From Lysobacterales bacterium (GTDB lineage Bacteria > Pseudomonadota > Gammaproteobacteria > Xanthomonadales > Rhodanobacteraceae), in contig JBBQQL010000001.1 of the NCBI GenBank assembly GCA_038215995.1, forward strand, positions 15,514 through 79,513: a DNA stretch of 64,000 nucleotides, read 5' to 3'. Numbering within the stretch: position 1 is the stretch's first letter; the number at the start of each line of letters is the position of its first letter. Below the pieces are notes generated by a model. The model was not told the DNA's origin. It searched no databases and worked only from the letters and a program-made list of their open reading frames with translations. Below are positions 41,887 through 51,536 of the stretch, one piece after another. A program made the position numbers and the translations under genes.

Positions 41887-43443
41887 TCAGAACCCGAATC
41901 GTGCCAGCGCAACAGAGATTCGTTCACGTACCGTCGTCGACTGCATCGGAAAAGCGCGAAAGAAGTCCACCCGCGCCAGCCCGGGGTTTCGCGCGCTCAC
42001 GTCGGCAGCCCACGCTGCCGCGCCAATGGAATCACCGGCCAGCATGAGGGCGGCGACCGCAATCATGGCGATCAGCACATGCGCACCCGGTGAGCGCGCT
42101 GCCCGTTCGGCCCAGTCCGCAGCCTCGGCATCTTCGCCCAGCATCATGTGGGTGAAAGCGCGGGTGCCGAGCATGGCGTAATAGAGTGGATCCAGCGGAC
42201 TCAGGCGCATCGCCAGATCGACGTGCCGGCGGCCCTCGGCACCGCGCTCGGCCAACGTTTCGGTCCAGCCGCGGGCATAGATCCCCTGCGCATAGTTCGG
42301 GCTGATCGAGGTCGCGCGCTCGAGCCAGGCGAGGCTGCTCTGCAGATCGCCCTCGAGCCAATAGCTGCGCCCCATCGCGAAATTGACGAAGGGATCGATC
42401 GGATCCAGTTCCAGCCCGCGTACCGCAAAACGTCGAGACAGCTCGATTTCGCCGGCGATGTCCTCGCTGTGGTGCATGAAGGCCGTCTGGAAGTGCACGA
42501 ACGACAACCCCGCGTGGGCGCGTGCAAAGCCGGGGTCTTTCGCGATCGATTGCTGGAACAGCGCGGTGGCCGCCGCATTGTCGCTGCGGCTGAACCGATA
42601 CATGTGCTGCAGGCCGAGGTGATACGCCGACCAGGCATCAAGATTTTCGGTGACCGTCAGCCGTGCCAGCGCTGCCTCGTGCAGAGGAATCCGGATTTCC
42701 AGCGCGCCGAGTATCCGTGAGCGGATGTCCTCGCGCACCTGATGCAACTGGTCGATCACGCCAGCAAAGTGCTCGGCCCAGACGATGCCGCCATCGCGCG
42801 TGTCGATCAACTCCACCGTCACCGCAAGCTTCCCGCCCGTCACCTCCATCGTGCCTGACAGGTAGTAGCGCACACCCAGCAGACGGCCGATCTCACCCGC
42901 GTCGGCATCCGCCCCGCGCAGCCGGAACGACGATTCACGCGCCGTGACGAACAGCCAGTGCAGGCGCGCGAGCTCGGTGATCAATTCATGCGGCAGGCCG
43001 TCGGCCATCGCCGCATGCGCGCCAGCGTTGCCGACCAGGCGAAACGGCAACACCGCGATCGACGGCCTTGCGCCGTGTCCGGCGCATGCGGGATCAGTTT
43101 GCGGCGGGCCAGCCGAGGCCGGCATGCCCACCCCCACCACCCTGGCCTCGGCCACGAAGCGAAATCCCTGCCGGTGAATGGTCTTGATCAGGCACTGCCG
43201 GCTGCCGTCATCATCCAGCGCACGGCGTGCCGACTTGATCCGGCTGGCGATCGCCGATTCGGAAACGATGCGCCCGTCCCACACCTTCTCGATGATCTCG
43301 TCACGCGACACCATCCGCTCGCGATTTCCCACCAGCAAGGCGAGCAGGCTGAACACCTGCGGTTCCACCGGGCGCACTTCGCCATTGGCGCGCAGTTCGA
43401 ACTTCGCCATGTCCAGCTCGAAGGGATCGAATCGGTAAATCAT
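41887..43443 (-). CDS. Winged-helix (OmpR/CadC-type) regulator with TolB-like and TPR regions
   Basis: MIYRFDPFELD..VEPQVFSLL..SRDEIIEKVW..IKSARRAL..IKTIHRQGFRF; PSIAVLPF; TPR-like C-terminus. Confidence 0.88.
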   Translation of the reverse strand: MIYRFDPFELDMAKFELRANGEVRPVEPQVFSLLALLVGNRERMVSRDEIIEKVWDGRIVSESAIASRIKSARRALDDDGSRQCLIKTIHRQGFRFVAEARVVGVGMPASAGPPQTDPACAGHGARPSIAVLPFRLVGNAGAHAAMADGLPHELITELARLHWLFVTARESSFRLRGADADAGEIGRLLGVRYYLSGTMEVTGGKLAVTVELIDTRDGGIVWAEHFAGVIDQLHQVREDIRSRILGALEIRIPLHEAALARLTVTENLDAWSAYHLGLQHMYRFSRSDNAAATALFQQSIAKDPGFARAHAGLSFVHFQTAFMHHSEDIAGEIELSRRFAVRGLELDPIDPFVNFAMGRSYWLEGDLQSSLAWLERATSISPNYAQGIYARGWTETLAERGAEGRRHVDLAMRLSPLDPLYYAMLGTRAFTHMMLGEDAEAADWAERAARSPGAHVLIAMIAVAALMLAGDSIGAAAWAADVSARNPGLARVDFFRAFPMQSTTVRERISVALARFGF

Positions 43444-43470
43444 GGATTCAGCATAGAACAAGGCAACGCA

Positions 43471-43510
43471 ATCTCCCACGGACCTCCATGAAATCTCCAC
43501 CGGGTCTTCA
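43471..43510. promoter_or_regulatory. Four heptamer direct repeats at 11-bp period (putative winged-helix operator)
   Basis: ATCTCCC 43471, ACCTCCA 43482, ATCTCCA 43493, GTCTTCA 43504. Confidence 0.7.
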
Positions 43511-43597
43511 AGCATCGGACACCAGGGCATGTTGAACTTCATTCGACGCCGCCGTAACCGTTCCGGCGCGCGCGTCCCACCCTGAAGGAGAAATCAC

Positions 43598-43822
43598 ATG
43601 CCACTGGTCACCATCGACGTCATCAAGGACGTCTTCACCCCGCAGCAGAAGCAGGAAATCATCAGCAAGGTCACCCGCGCCATGGTCGAGGTCGAGGGCG
43701 AAAGCCTGCGCGGCGTCACCTGGGTGCGCATCAACGAGTTCGAAGGCGGTAACTGGGCCATCGGCGGCATGCCACTGAAGGCGTCCGACGTGCATGAGAT
43801 GGCCACTGGCAAGGCGGCCTGA
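43598..43822 (+). CDS. 4-oxalocrotonate tautomerase family protein
   Basis: Begins MP (catalytic Pro1); [17 protein letters not shown]...WAIGG; AGGAG RBS. Confidence 0.9.
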   Translation: MPLVTIDVIKDVFTPQQKQEIISKVTRAMVEVEGESLRGVTWVRINEFEGGNWAIGGMPLKASDVHEMATGKAA

Positions 43823-43875
43823 TCGGGCGTCGGCCACCTCGGCCCCAACGGATTCAGCAACGGAGTAACCGGACC

Positions 43876-44262
43876 ATGCGGATAGCCAGGCAGGACATAC
43901 CCGTCAGCATCCACGCGCCAGGGGCGGTGGCGCGCCAGCAGACCCACTTCGGTGACGCCACCGGCTACGGCACGATCAGCGGTGAGTATTTCTCCCTCGG
44001 CAGCGGCACCGATATCGCGCCGCTGCTCAAGAGGCTTCGCCACGACCTGTGCCAATGCCCGCATTGGGGTTACGTGCTGCAGGGCGAGCTCACCGTAACC
44101 TACGCCGACGGCAACAGCGAACAGATCAACGACGGCGACCTGTTCCACTGGCCACCGGGTCACACCGTCAACGTCGGCCAGGATGCCGAAGTCATCCAGT
44201 TCGGCCCGCAGCACGAACACAGTACGGTGATCGATCACATGCTGGGCCGGATGGCTGGCTGA
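43876..44262 (+). CDS. Cupin-domain protein
   Basis: CQCPHWGYVLQGEL..GDLFHWPPGHT. Confidence 0.85.
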   Translation: MRIARQDIPVSIHAPGAVARQQTHFGDATGYGTISGEYFSLGSGTDIAPLLKRLRHDLCQCPHWGYVLQGELTVTYADGNSEQINDGDLFHWPPGHTVNVGQDAEVIQFGPQHEHSTVIDHMLGRMAG

Positions 44263-44458
44263 TGGCAGATCAATGCGGACAAAGGATTGGATGACGTTGC
44301 CGCGAATAATCTTCATCCTTCAGGTTTCGGGTCGCCCCGTTGTATCCCTGACTCCGTTCTCCTTTGCATCCGGGACGCAGCGCTGACTGCAATTGCGTGA
44401 GCGGTGCGGCGGGCGTAGCCTGACACGCACCAGAACAAGCTGGCTTCAGGGGAAATGC

Positions 44459-45904
44459 GTGAAAAAGACTTTTCGTGTCGTCGTTCCGGCGATGTCGATG
44501 CTGGCGTTCGCCTCCATGGTTTGCGCTGCCACACCAGCCCATCCCTCCGAACAGGGGCTGATGCCGCCCGCCGCCAACCAGAAAATCGCACACGATATTT
44601 TTCGCGATCTGGTCGATATCCGCTCGGTGCACGACGTCGGCACCAAGGGCACCGCCGATGTCATCGTGAAATATCTGAAAGCCAACGGCTTCACCGATGC
44701 TGAAATCCATGTCGCGCCGGAAACACGATATCCCACCCAGGTGAACGTCGTCGTGCGCATCAAGGGCAAGGGCAAGGGCAAGCCGGTGATGTGGATCGGC
44801 CATATGGATGTGGTGGATGCACGCGCACAGGACTGGACCTTGCCACCCTTCAAATTCACGCAGAAGGACGGCTACTTTTACGGCCGCGGCACCGCCGACA
44901 TGAAGGACGAAGATGCTGCCGTTGCCGCATCGATTATTCGCCTCAGGAAGGAAGGCTTTGTCCCCGATCGTGACATCGTCGTGGCATTCACGGCGGACGA
45001 AGAAGTGGGACTTGAGCAGGACGGCCCGAACTTCCTCTTGCAGCATCGCAAGGATCTCGTCGGCGATGTGGGTCTGGTGATCAATCCCGATGGCGGTTCG
45101 GGTGAGATCAAGAACGGCAAGCGCATCGATTTCGCGGTCGAGACCGTACAGAAAACCTAAATGACCTTCCAGATGCAGACTCGCAACAAAGGTGGTCATT
45201 CATCCGATCCGCGCCCCGACAATGCGATCTATCAGCTTGCGGGCGGATTGACGAATCTCTCTCGCTACGTGTTCCCATACAAGACCAATGCCACGACGCG
45301 CGCCTATTTCGCAAGCATCGCCCGGGACGCGACCGGACAGGTCAAGGCCGACCTGCTGACGCTGTCGAAAGAGCCCGTTGACGTAGTTGCTGCCGCGCGT
45401 CTTGCGCAGGACACCTCGTTGAACGCGATCCTGCACACCACCTGCGTCGCCACCATGCTGAGGGCCGGCGTGCAGGAGAACGCGTTGCCATCAAGTGCCA
45501 ACGCGACCATCCAGTGCCGCGTGTTTCCCGGCGAGAGCGAGCAGCAGACGCGCGCCACACTGGCGAAAGCCGCCGCCGATCCGGACATCGCCGTAACCCT
45601 GCTGGAGCCGGTGCAGCCCGCGCCGGAAACCACACCAGATCCCCAGGTGATGGCCGCGGTCGCCGATGTCGTGCATGGCATGTGGGGCAAGGACATTCCG
45701 GTGATGCCGGTGATGGCGGCGGGCGCCAGCGATTCCATCTTCACCCGCGCGGCCGGCATGCCGAGCTATGGCGTGGGTGGCGGCTGGAATGATATGGACG
45801 ACATCCGCATGCATGGCCGCGACGAACGCAACAAGATCGGCAATTTCTACGAGACGGTCGAGTTCACCTACCGGCTGATGAAGAAGCTTTCGACCGTGCA
45901 GTGA
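44459..45904 (+). pseudogene. Secreted M20/M25/M40 metallopeptidase interrupted by in-frame TAA (45158-45160)
   Basis: IGHMDVV, YGRGTADMKD, TADEEVG in the first half; GGHSS, ENALP, GASDS, RMHGRDE in the second half; same frame across TAA. Confidence 0.85.
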
Positions 45905-46063
45905 CCGCGCACCAGGCGTTGGACAAGGGGTGAAGGGAAGTGAGTCGGTTTTGATCGACTCCTCATGCCCGTGACTCTTCCGCAATTCGCCCTGACACTC
46001 TCTGCCAAAACGTGATGCTGATCCGATCACCTTCCACGGCAACTCGCCGTAACAAGGGAACAC

Positions 46064-46654
46064 ATGAACATCCGACTCACGGGCTTCTGTGCCCTCGCCT
46101 GCCTCGCACTGATGGCAACCTCGCTGCCGCTGCGGGCGACCGACCATACCAAGGCACCCGCCAAAGCCACTGCGTCGACGACCTGGATTTATCCGGTCAT
46201 CGCGAAGTTCGGGGCGATCCATCCACGCCCTGACGTATCCGGGCAACCGGATCCGAACGTCGACTACAAGGTATTCATCGACGTGATCGGCACCCCTCAG
46301 GACAAGGGCAAGCACCTCGCTTCGCTCGGCCGCGTCGCGCGTCTTGTCAATCTGATGGGCTTTGCCAAGGTGCCCCCCGAGCACGTGCACATCGTGGCCC
46401 TGCTGGATCGCGACGCAGAGGACGCCGCCATGGTCAACGCGGCGTATCGCAAACTCTACAAGAAGGACAATCCCAATCTGGAGATCCTGCATGCACTGAA
46501 GAAGGCCGGCGTCGAGCTGCTGATGTGCAGTCAGGCCATGGCCGGCCAGGGCCTCAAGGACAGCGACATCGACCCCAGCGTCACCATCACGTTGTCGGGC
46601 GTGATGGCCCCGGTGGTCTACGGTCAACGGGGCTACACCTTCATGCAGTTGTAG
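46064..46654 (+). CDS. Secreted DsrE-family protein
   Basis: Signal peptide; YKVFIDV, LGRVARLVNL, NPNLEILHALKKAGVELLMCSQAM, QRGY. Confidence 0.8.
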   Translation: MNIRLTGFCALACLALMATSLPLRATDHTKAPAKATASTTWIYPVIAKFGAIHPRPDVSGQPDPNVDYKVFIDVIGTPQDKGKHLASLGRVARLVNLMGFAKVPPEHVHIVALLDRDAEDAAMVNAAYRKLYKKDNPNLEILHALKKAGVELLMCSQAMAGQGLKDSDIDPSVTITLSGVMAPVVYGQRGYTFMQL

Positions 46655-46756
46655 GAGGCTTGCCGCCGTTGAAAGGGGCGGATATGGCGGACGCAGGGAA
46701 TTGGCGCGACTGAGCCTGCTCCGTCCCGGCCTCGCCGGTTTTAGCAACGCCATGCA

Positions 46757-47662
46757 TCAAGTGTCCCAGTAAGGGGGATCACCGAAACTGACTCGCAGGC
46801 TGTGGATGAGTGCCGCGACTTTCGTCGCCACGTTGCACTCACGGGAATAGGAAAGAAACAGCTCCGCGCCTTCGGCCTCGACGCCGATATCAACGCGAAG
46901 CAGTGAACCCCGGCGGAGCTCATCGCGCACGAAGAATGTCGGCAGCAGGGTCAGGCCAAGACCGGCGATCGCGGCGTCCCGCATCACCATGCCGTTGTTC
47001 ACGCGCAGGCTTGCGCGGGGACGCACGACTGCCCAGCCATCGTTCATCGCAAAGCGCCAATCGGTTTCGCGATTGATGTAGAGAATGCCGTGGTGCCGGC
47101 CCAGTTCTTCAAGCGATGTCGGCGTGCCCTCGCGCGCCAGGTATTCGGGTGATGCCAGCAGAACCCTCCGGCTCGTCGCCAGGCGCTTTGCCACCATGCG
47201 TCGGTCCGCCACCGGACCATGCCGCAGCACGGCATCGAAACCGTCAGCGGCAGGGTCGATGAAGCGATCATCCAGCACCAGGGTCAGATCGATGGCGGGG
47301 TATTGCGCCAGGAATTTGTACAGCGCCGACCCGAGATGCAGTACGCCGAAACTTACTGGAGCCGAGATCCGCAAGGGGCCCGCCAGCGATCCTTGCCGGT
47401 CGGTCAGCTCAGCGACGGCTTCCCGCGCCTCACCGAGAATACGGTGCGCCCGTGGCAGGAAGCTTTCGCCATCCGAGGTCAGCGACACGCGGCGAGTCGT
47501 GCGCTGCAGGAGACGCGTGCCGAGGGTCTGTTCGAGGTCAACCAGCCGCTCGCTGACCACCGACTTGCTGTAGCCGAGCCTTCGAGCAGCGCCGCTGACC
47601 GAGCCTTCTTCGACGACGGCGACGAACGCCGCAAGCCCCTGGAGCTTCATATCGTTCGGCAT
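46757..47662 (-). CDS. LysR-family transcriptional regulator
   Basis: GSVSGAARRLGYSKSVVSERL..LEQTLGTRLLQRTTR; divergent from the hydrolase operon. Confidence 0.93.
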   Translation of the reverse strand: MPNDMKLQGLAAFVAVVEEGSVSGAARRLGYSKSVVSERLVDLEQTLGTRLLQRTTRRVSLTSDGESFLPRAHRILGEAREAVAELTDRQGSLAGPLRISAPVSFGVLHLGSALYKFLAQYPAIDLTLVLDDRFIDPAADGFDAVLRHGPVADRRMVAKRLATSRRVLLASPEYLAREGTPTSLEELGRHHGILYINRETDWRFAMNDGWAVVRPRASLRVNNGMVMRDAAIAGLGLTLLPTFFVRDELRRGSLLRVDIGVEAEGAELFLSYSRECNVATKVAALIHSLRVSFGDPPYWDT

Positions 47663-47772
47663 TGCCGTAAGCCAGTTCCGGTCACTGGTGACTACTGGCG
47701 ACTTTGCACCGGTGCAAGACTCGTGTCCACACACGCGGCAACCCGCCGACGCCCCTTCTATCGGAGATCCCC

Positions 47773-48699
47773 ATGCGACCACTCCTCGCCATGGCTGCCC
47801 TGGTCCTGGCCGCGACGTGTACCGTCGTGCCCGCGGCAGCCGCCCAGCCCGACCGCTTTCCGCCAGCGTTCCAGACCCGCGAGATCAGCACCAATGGCGT
47901 GACCCTGCACGTACGCTACGGCGGCAGCGGGCCTGCAGTAATCCTGCTGCATGGGTACGGTGAAACCGGGGACATGTGGGCACCGCTGGCGGCCGAGCTG
48001 GTCAAGGATCACCGCGTCATCGTGCCGGACCTGCGCGGCCTCGGCCTGTCCAGCAAACCGGCGACCGGCTACGACAAGAAAACCCAGGGCGAAGACATAG
48101 CCGGCGTGCTGGATGCACTGAAGGTCGATCGAACCGTGGTGGTTACCCACGATATCGGCAACATGGTCGGCTATGCGTTCGTGGCCGAGCACCCCGACCG
48201 GGTCACCCGTTTCGTGCTGATGGACGCACCGCTCCCGGGCATTGGTCCGTGGGAAGAGGTTCTGAAAAGTCCGATGCTGTGGCACTTCCATTTCGGCGGC
48301 CCCGACATGGAGCGCCTTGTTGCCGGGCGCGAACGGATTTACCTCGATCGCTTCTGGAACGACTTCTCGGCCGACCCGCGCCGCTTCAGCGAGGCAGATC
48401 GCCAGCACTATGCACGGCTCTACGCCTTGCCCGGCGCCATGCATGCCGGCTTCGCCCAGTTCGCGGCCTTCGAACAGGACGCCAGGGACAACCAGGCATT
48501 CCTCGCACAGGGCAAGCTGAGCATGCCGGTGCTGGCCATCGGCGGCGAAAAATCATTTGGGCCGACAATGGCCGTGGTCATGCGTGCGGCGGCCACCAAC
48601 GTCACCGAGCTGGTGATCCCCGACGCCGGCCACTGGTTGATGGAAGAGCAGCCCAAGGCAACGATCGCTGCGGTACGCGCCTTCGTGGATGCCCCGTGA
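47773..48699 (+). CDS. Secreted alpha/beta hydrolase (epoxide hydrolase-like)
   Basis: LLHGYGE, VPDLRGLG, THDIG nucleophile elbow, AGHWLMEE. Confidence 0.92.
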   Translation: MRPLLAMAALVLAATCTVVPAAAAQPDRFPPAFQTREISTNGVTLHVRYGGSGPAVILLHGYGETGDMWAPLAAELVKDHRVIVPDLRGLGLSSKPATGYDKKTQGEDIAGVLDALKVDRTVVVTHDIGNMVGYAFVAEHPDRVTRFVLMDAPLPGIGPWEEVLKSPMLWHFHFGGPDMERLVAGRERIYLDRFWNDFSADPRRFSEADRQHYARLYALPGAMHAGFAQFAAFEQDARDNQAFLAQGKLSMPVLAIGGEKSFGPTMAVVMRAAATNVTELVIPDAGHWLMEEQPKATIAAVRAFVDAP

Positions 48700-49211
48700 G
48701 CCCGTACCTCAGGGCATGCATGGCGTGTCAGCTTGCCCTGATGGTCCAGACCGCCTGCGGCGGTGAGGACCTTCGGGCCCCGCTGCAGGTCCAGCGCATG
48801 ACAGTCGAAGAGATTGCAGAGCGGCCGCCGCTTGGTGCCATCGCCGGCACGTCGGGCCTGACGGGTATCCGCACCCGCGTGCTGGCCGGCAATCCGACCC
48901 GCCCCGGCATGTACGCCATCGAGTTGCTGGTACCCGCCCATACACGCATAGGCGTCCACGAACATCGCGACGATCGCACGGCTGTTGTCGTCTCGGGCAC
49001 CTGGCATCTGGGGTATGGCCGCATCGCGGACGACGCTGGCTCCAAGTCGCTTGGTCCGGGCAGCTTCTACACGGAGCCCGCCAACGTGGCGCACTTCGCC
49101 CATACAGACGATGAGCCGGTCACCGTCATCATCACGGGCGACGGCCCCACCGACACGCGTTATGAGATTCAGCCCACGGCACATGCAGCACCCGAAAGGA
49201 GCCGACCATGA
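48696..49211 (+). CDS. Cupin-domain protein
   Basis: GTGA overlap with hydrolase stop; VHEHRDDRTAVVVSGTW..GPGSFYTEPANVAHFA. Confidence 0.82.
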   Translation: MSPYLRACMACQLALMVQTACGGEDLRAPLQVQRMTVEEIAERPPLGAIAGTSGLTGIRTRVLAGNPTRPGMYAIELLVPAHTRIGVHEHRDDRTAVVVSGTWHLGYGRIADDAGSKSLGPGSFYTEPANVAHFAHTDDEPVTVIITGDGPTDTRYEIQPTAHAAPERSRP

Positions 49212-49819
49212 CCTCAGCGAATACCCCGCGCGACCCCGTCGCCGATCACATGCTTACCGCACAGAATGCGGCCCTCCTGATCATCGACTTCCAGCCCGTC
49301 CAGGTCGCCTCCATCGCCTCCATGAACAAGCGACTTCTGGTCGCCAACGTGGTGGCCGTTGCACGCACCGCAAAGCTTTATGACATGCCGACGGTGCTCA
49401 CCACGGTCAACGTGACGAGCGGGCGCAACCAGCCAATGCTCAACCCCATCACCGACGTGCTGAGCGGCGTGCCGATTGTCGACCGCACCTCGATCAACGC
49501 CTGGGAGGACGACGACTTCGTCGCTGCCGTCAAGGCGACCGGCAGGAAAAAGCTGATCATGGTCGCGCTGTGGACGGAGGTCTGCCTGGTGTTCCCCGCC
49601 CTGGATGCGCTGCAGGATGGCTTCGAGGTCTACGTGGTCGTCGATGCCGTAGGCGGCACCTCGGAGGAAGCCCACCGCGCCGGTCTGCAACGCATCGTCC
49701 AGGCAGGCGGCATTCCGATCAGCTGGATCCAACTGGCCTGCGAGCTACAGCGGGACTGGAACCGGGAAAGTACCGCGCCAAGCTTCGCGGAGATCGTGTT
49801 TGCGGAGGTAGGGCATTGA
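49208..49819 (+). CDS. Isochorismatase-family hydrolase (YcaC-like)
   Basis: LLIIDFQP, DRTSINAWED, ALWTEVCL, VVDAVGG. Confidence 0.92.
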   Translation: MTSANTPRDPVADHMLTAQNAALLIIDFQPVQVASIASMNKRLLVANVVAVARTAKLYDMPTVLTTVNVTSGRNQPMLNPITDVLSGVPIVDRTSINAWEDDDFVAAVKATGRKKLIMVALWTEVCLVFPALDALQDGFEVYVVVDAVGGTSEEAHRAGLQRIVQAGGIPISWIQLACELQRDWNRESTAPSFAEIVFAEVGH

Positions 49820-49911
49820 CGCGCCATCGCCAAAAAAAGGAAAAGGCTCAGGCAGCGCGCCTTGACCTCCTGCGATCCGGCTTACCCTGGGCCTGAGCGT
49901 AACGATGTGCA

Positions 49912-50484
49912 TCAACCAGAAGCAGACGGCGCGGCCCGGTTGAAGGGGATGATCCGGGCTGCCGGCAACAGGCGCTGACGAAGCAGGTCGAGTGGGCGGT
50001 GATAGTCCATGTTGTAGCGCGTGTCACGACCCAGCGCAGGATGCTTGAACAGGCCATCCCACTCCTGGGCCGCGACCTCCGGCATGGAGCGGTCGCCGTG
50101 TTCGAGAGCCAACCAGAAGCCGAACTTGCGCTGATTGAGCGACGCCAGCAGGCTGCGATCGCGAGTGGCGGCGAAGGCGAAACCCGCATCGAAGCCATGC
50201 AGCTCGGCATCCACACCCGCCCCGCACAGCCCGACGTGCTCGCAAATCGCAGCGAACTGCAGCAGCGCGCGCTCGTGCAGCCGGCGCAGGCCTTCGGCGT
50301 TGCCCGGCAGCACCAGCACCGCGCCGGTGGCGGCATTGAGCATCACCACGAACGGCTGCCGACGCCAGAAGTCGATATCCGCATACCACTCGCCCAGCGG
50401 ATTGGTCTGTGGCGCCGGTTCCGTTGGCTTGGTGACCTGCTTCAGGCGCTTGAGCAGCTTGGCAGTGCAACGCAGGACGGTCAT
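49912..50484 (-). CDS. Hypothetical protein (DUF6933-like)
   Basis: VLRCTAKLLKRL, LGEWYA, TRDRSLLASLN. Confidence 0.65.
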   Translation of the reverse strand: MTVLRCTAKLLKRLKQVTKPTEPAPQTNPLGEWYADIDFWRRQPFVVMLNAATGAVLVLPGNAEGLRRLHERALLQFAAICEHVGLCGAGVDAELHGFDAGFAFAATRDRSLLASLNQRKFGFWLALEHGDRSMPEVAAQEWDGLFKHPALGRDTRYNMDYHRPLDLLRQRLLPAARIIPFNRAAPSASG

Positions 50485-50501
50485 GGGAATCTCTGCTCTC
50501 G

Positions 50502-50541
50502 GGGACACCGAAAGTTAGCGCAACTCAACTTCCGCTGTCCC
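50502..50541. repeat. REP-like imperfect palindrome
   Basis: GGGACACCGAAAGTT...AACTTCCGCTGTCCC; 15-bp arms with 2 mismatches; no U-tract. Confidence 0.55.
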
Positions 50542-50573
50542 GGTTTCCAGTCAGCTCCATGAGCTGCGAGCGC

Positions 50574-51455
50574 TCACGAGCCCACCGGACAAATCCCGGC
50601 AAGATATCTTTCAACGATATCACGGCTTGCGCAATGCCATGCCACATGACTTCCGCGTCGCAGCGCAATCAATATCAGCGACCGGCCACCAAGATGTTTG
50701 TCGGTCGCCGTTTCATCGAACGTCAACCAGATGCTTCCCTGGTGAATCCGGACTTCGCTTACGTACTGACTGTGAAGGGATACCGGTGACAGCAGCCCCA
50801 GCGCACGGCTGTCTTCAGGCAAAGCGCCGTGATCTCGCAGATAGGCTTCAACGGCTGCGGTTGCGCCGGAAGCTGATGCCAACGCTTCATCTACCTGCCT
50901 TCGTGCAACGCTGACCTGGTGAAGCGACTTGGCGATCCAGGCCAGATTCGAAATCACGATCACCCCACAAGCAAACTGGAGCGCTTGAAACGCCGTCCAT
51001 CCCCGCGCTCGGCCGGCGGAGCGCCGCTCGCCCGTGCCGATGGATCTGCGCCGGTTGCCGCCCCTTGCGACGAGCCCCTTGTCGCCAGGCACCAGCATCT
51101 TCAGCAGAAACGCCAAAGCCATGAGCATGAACAGCACAAAGATACTCAAGAGCCACACGACAAGCGCCCAGAACAACCCGGGGCTTTCATCATGACTGTG
51201 GCAAGTCACGTGAATGGTAAACCGGCCCGATGCACAAACCACCCCATCCAGTCCGTCTGCCACGACTGAGGCATACAGCGCGAAAAAAAACATCAGCAAC
51301 ACGAAGGCCAGAACAAACTGGCACACCTTGTGGAACGCGACGCTTTCATGGAAAAAACGCGCCCATACGAACCACAGGATCACCCAGAAGGTGAACCCGA
51401 ATACCGTGGCATGGAAAAACGCGTTCGAACTCGCAAGACGAACCAGATGTTCCAT
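50574..51455 (-). CDS. Multi-TM protein fused to a C-terminal type IV pilin-like domain
   Basis: About four TM segments, then ARRQVDEALASASGATAAVEAY..SQYVSEVRI..VAWHCASRDIVERYLAGIC, resembling a PilA alpha1C/D-region. Confidence 0.7.
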   Translation of the reverse strand: MEHLVRLASSNAFFHATVFGFTFWVILWFVWARFFHESVAFHKVCQFVLAFVLLMFFFALYASVVADGLDGVVCASGRFTIHVTCHSHDESPGLFWALVVWLLSIFVLFMLMALAFLLKMLVPGDKGLVARGGNRRRSIGTGERRSAGRARGWTAFQALQFACGVIVISNLAWIAKSLHQVSVARRQVDEALASASGATAAVEAYLRDHGALPEDSRALGLLSPVSLHSQYVSEVRIHQGSIWLTFDETATDKHLGGRSLILIALRRGSHVAWHCASRDIVERYLAGICPVGS

Positions 51456-51536
51456 GTCAAAAATCCATTTCGTGTTGCCATGTGCCGCGGGCGGAGCGTG
51501 TTGGTTCGGGCTTGGTCCCGCCCCGCGTAGTCCGCA

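Noticed and set aside
45942-45961. Short palindrome GAGTCGGTTTTGATCGACTC
   Set aside because: Too short and a single occurrence; cannot tell a weak terminator from chance
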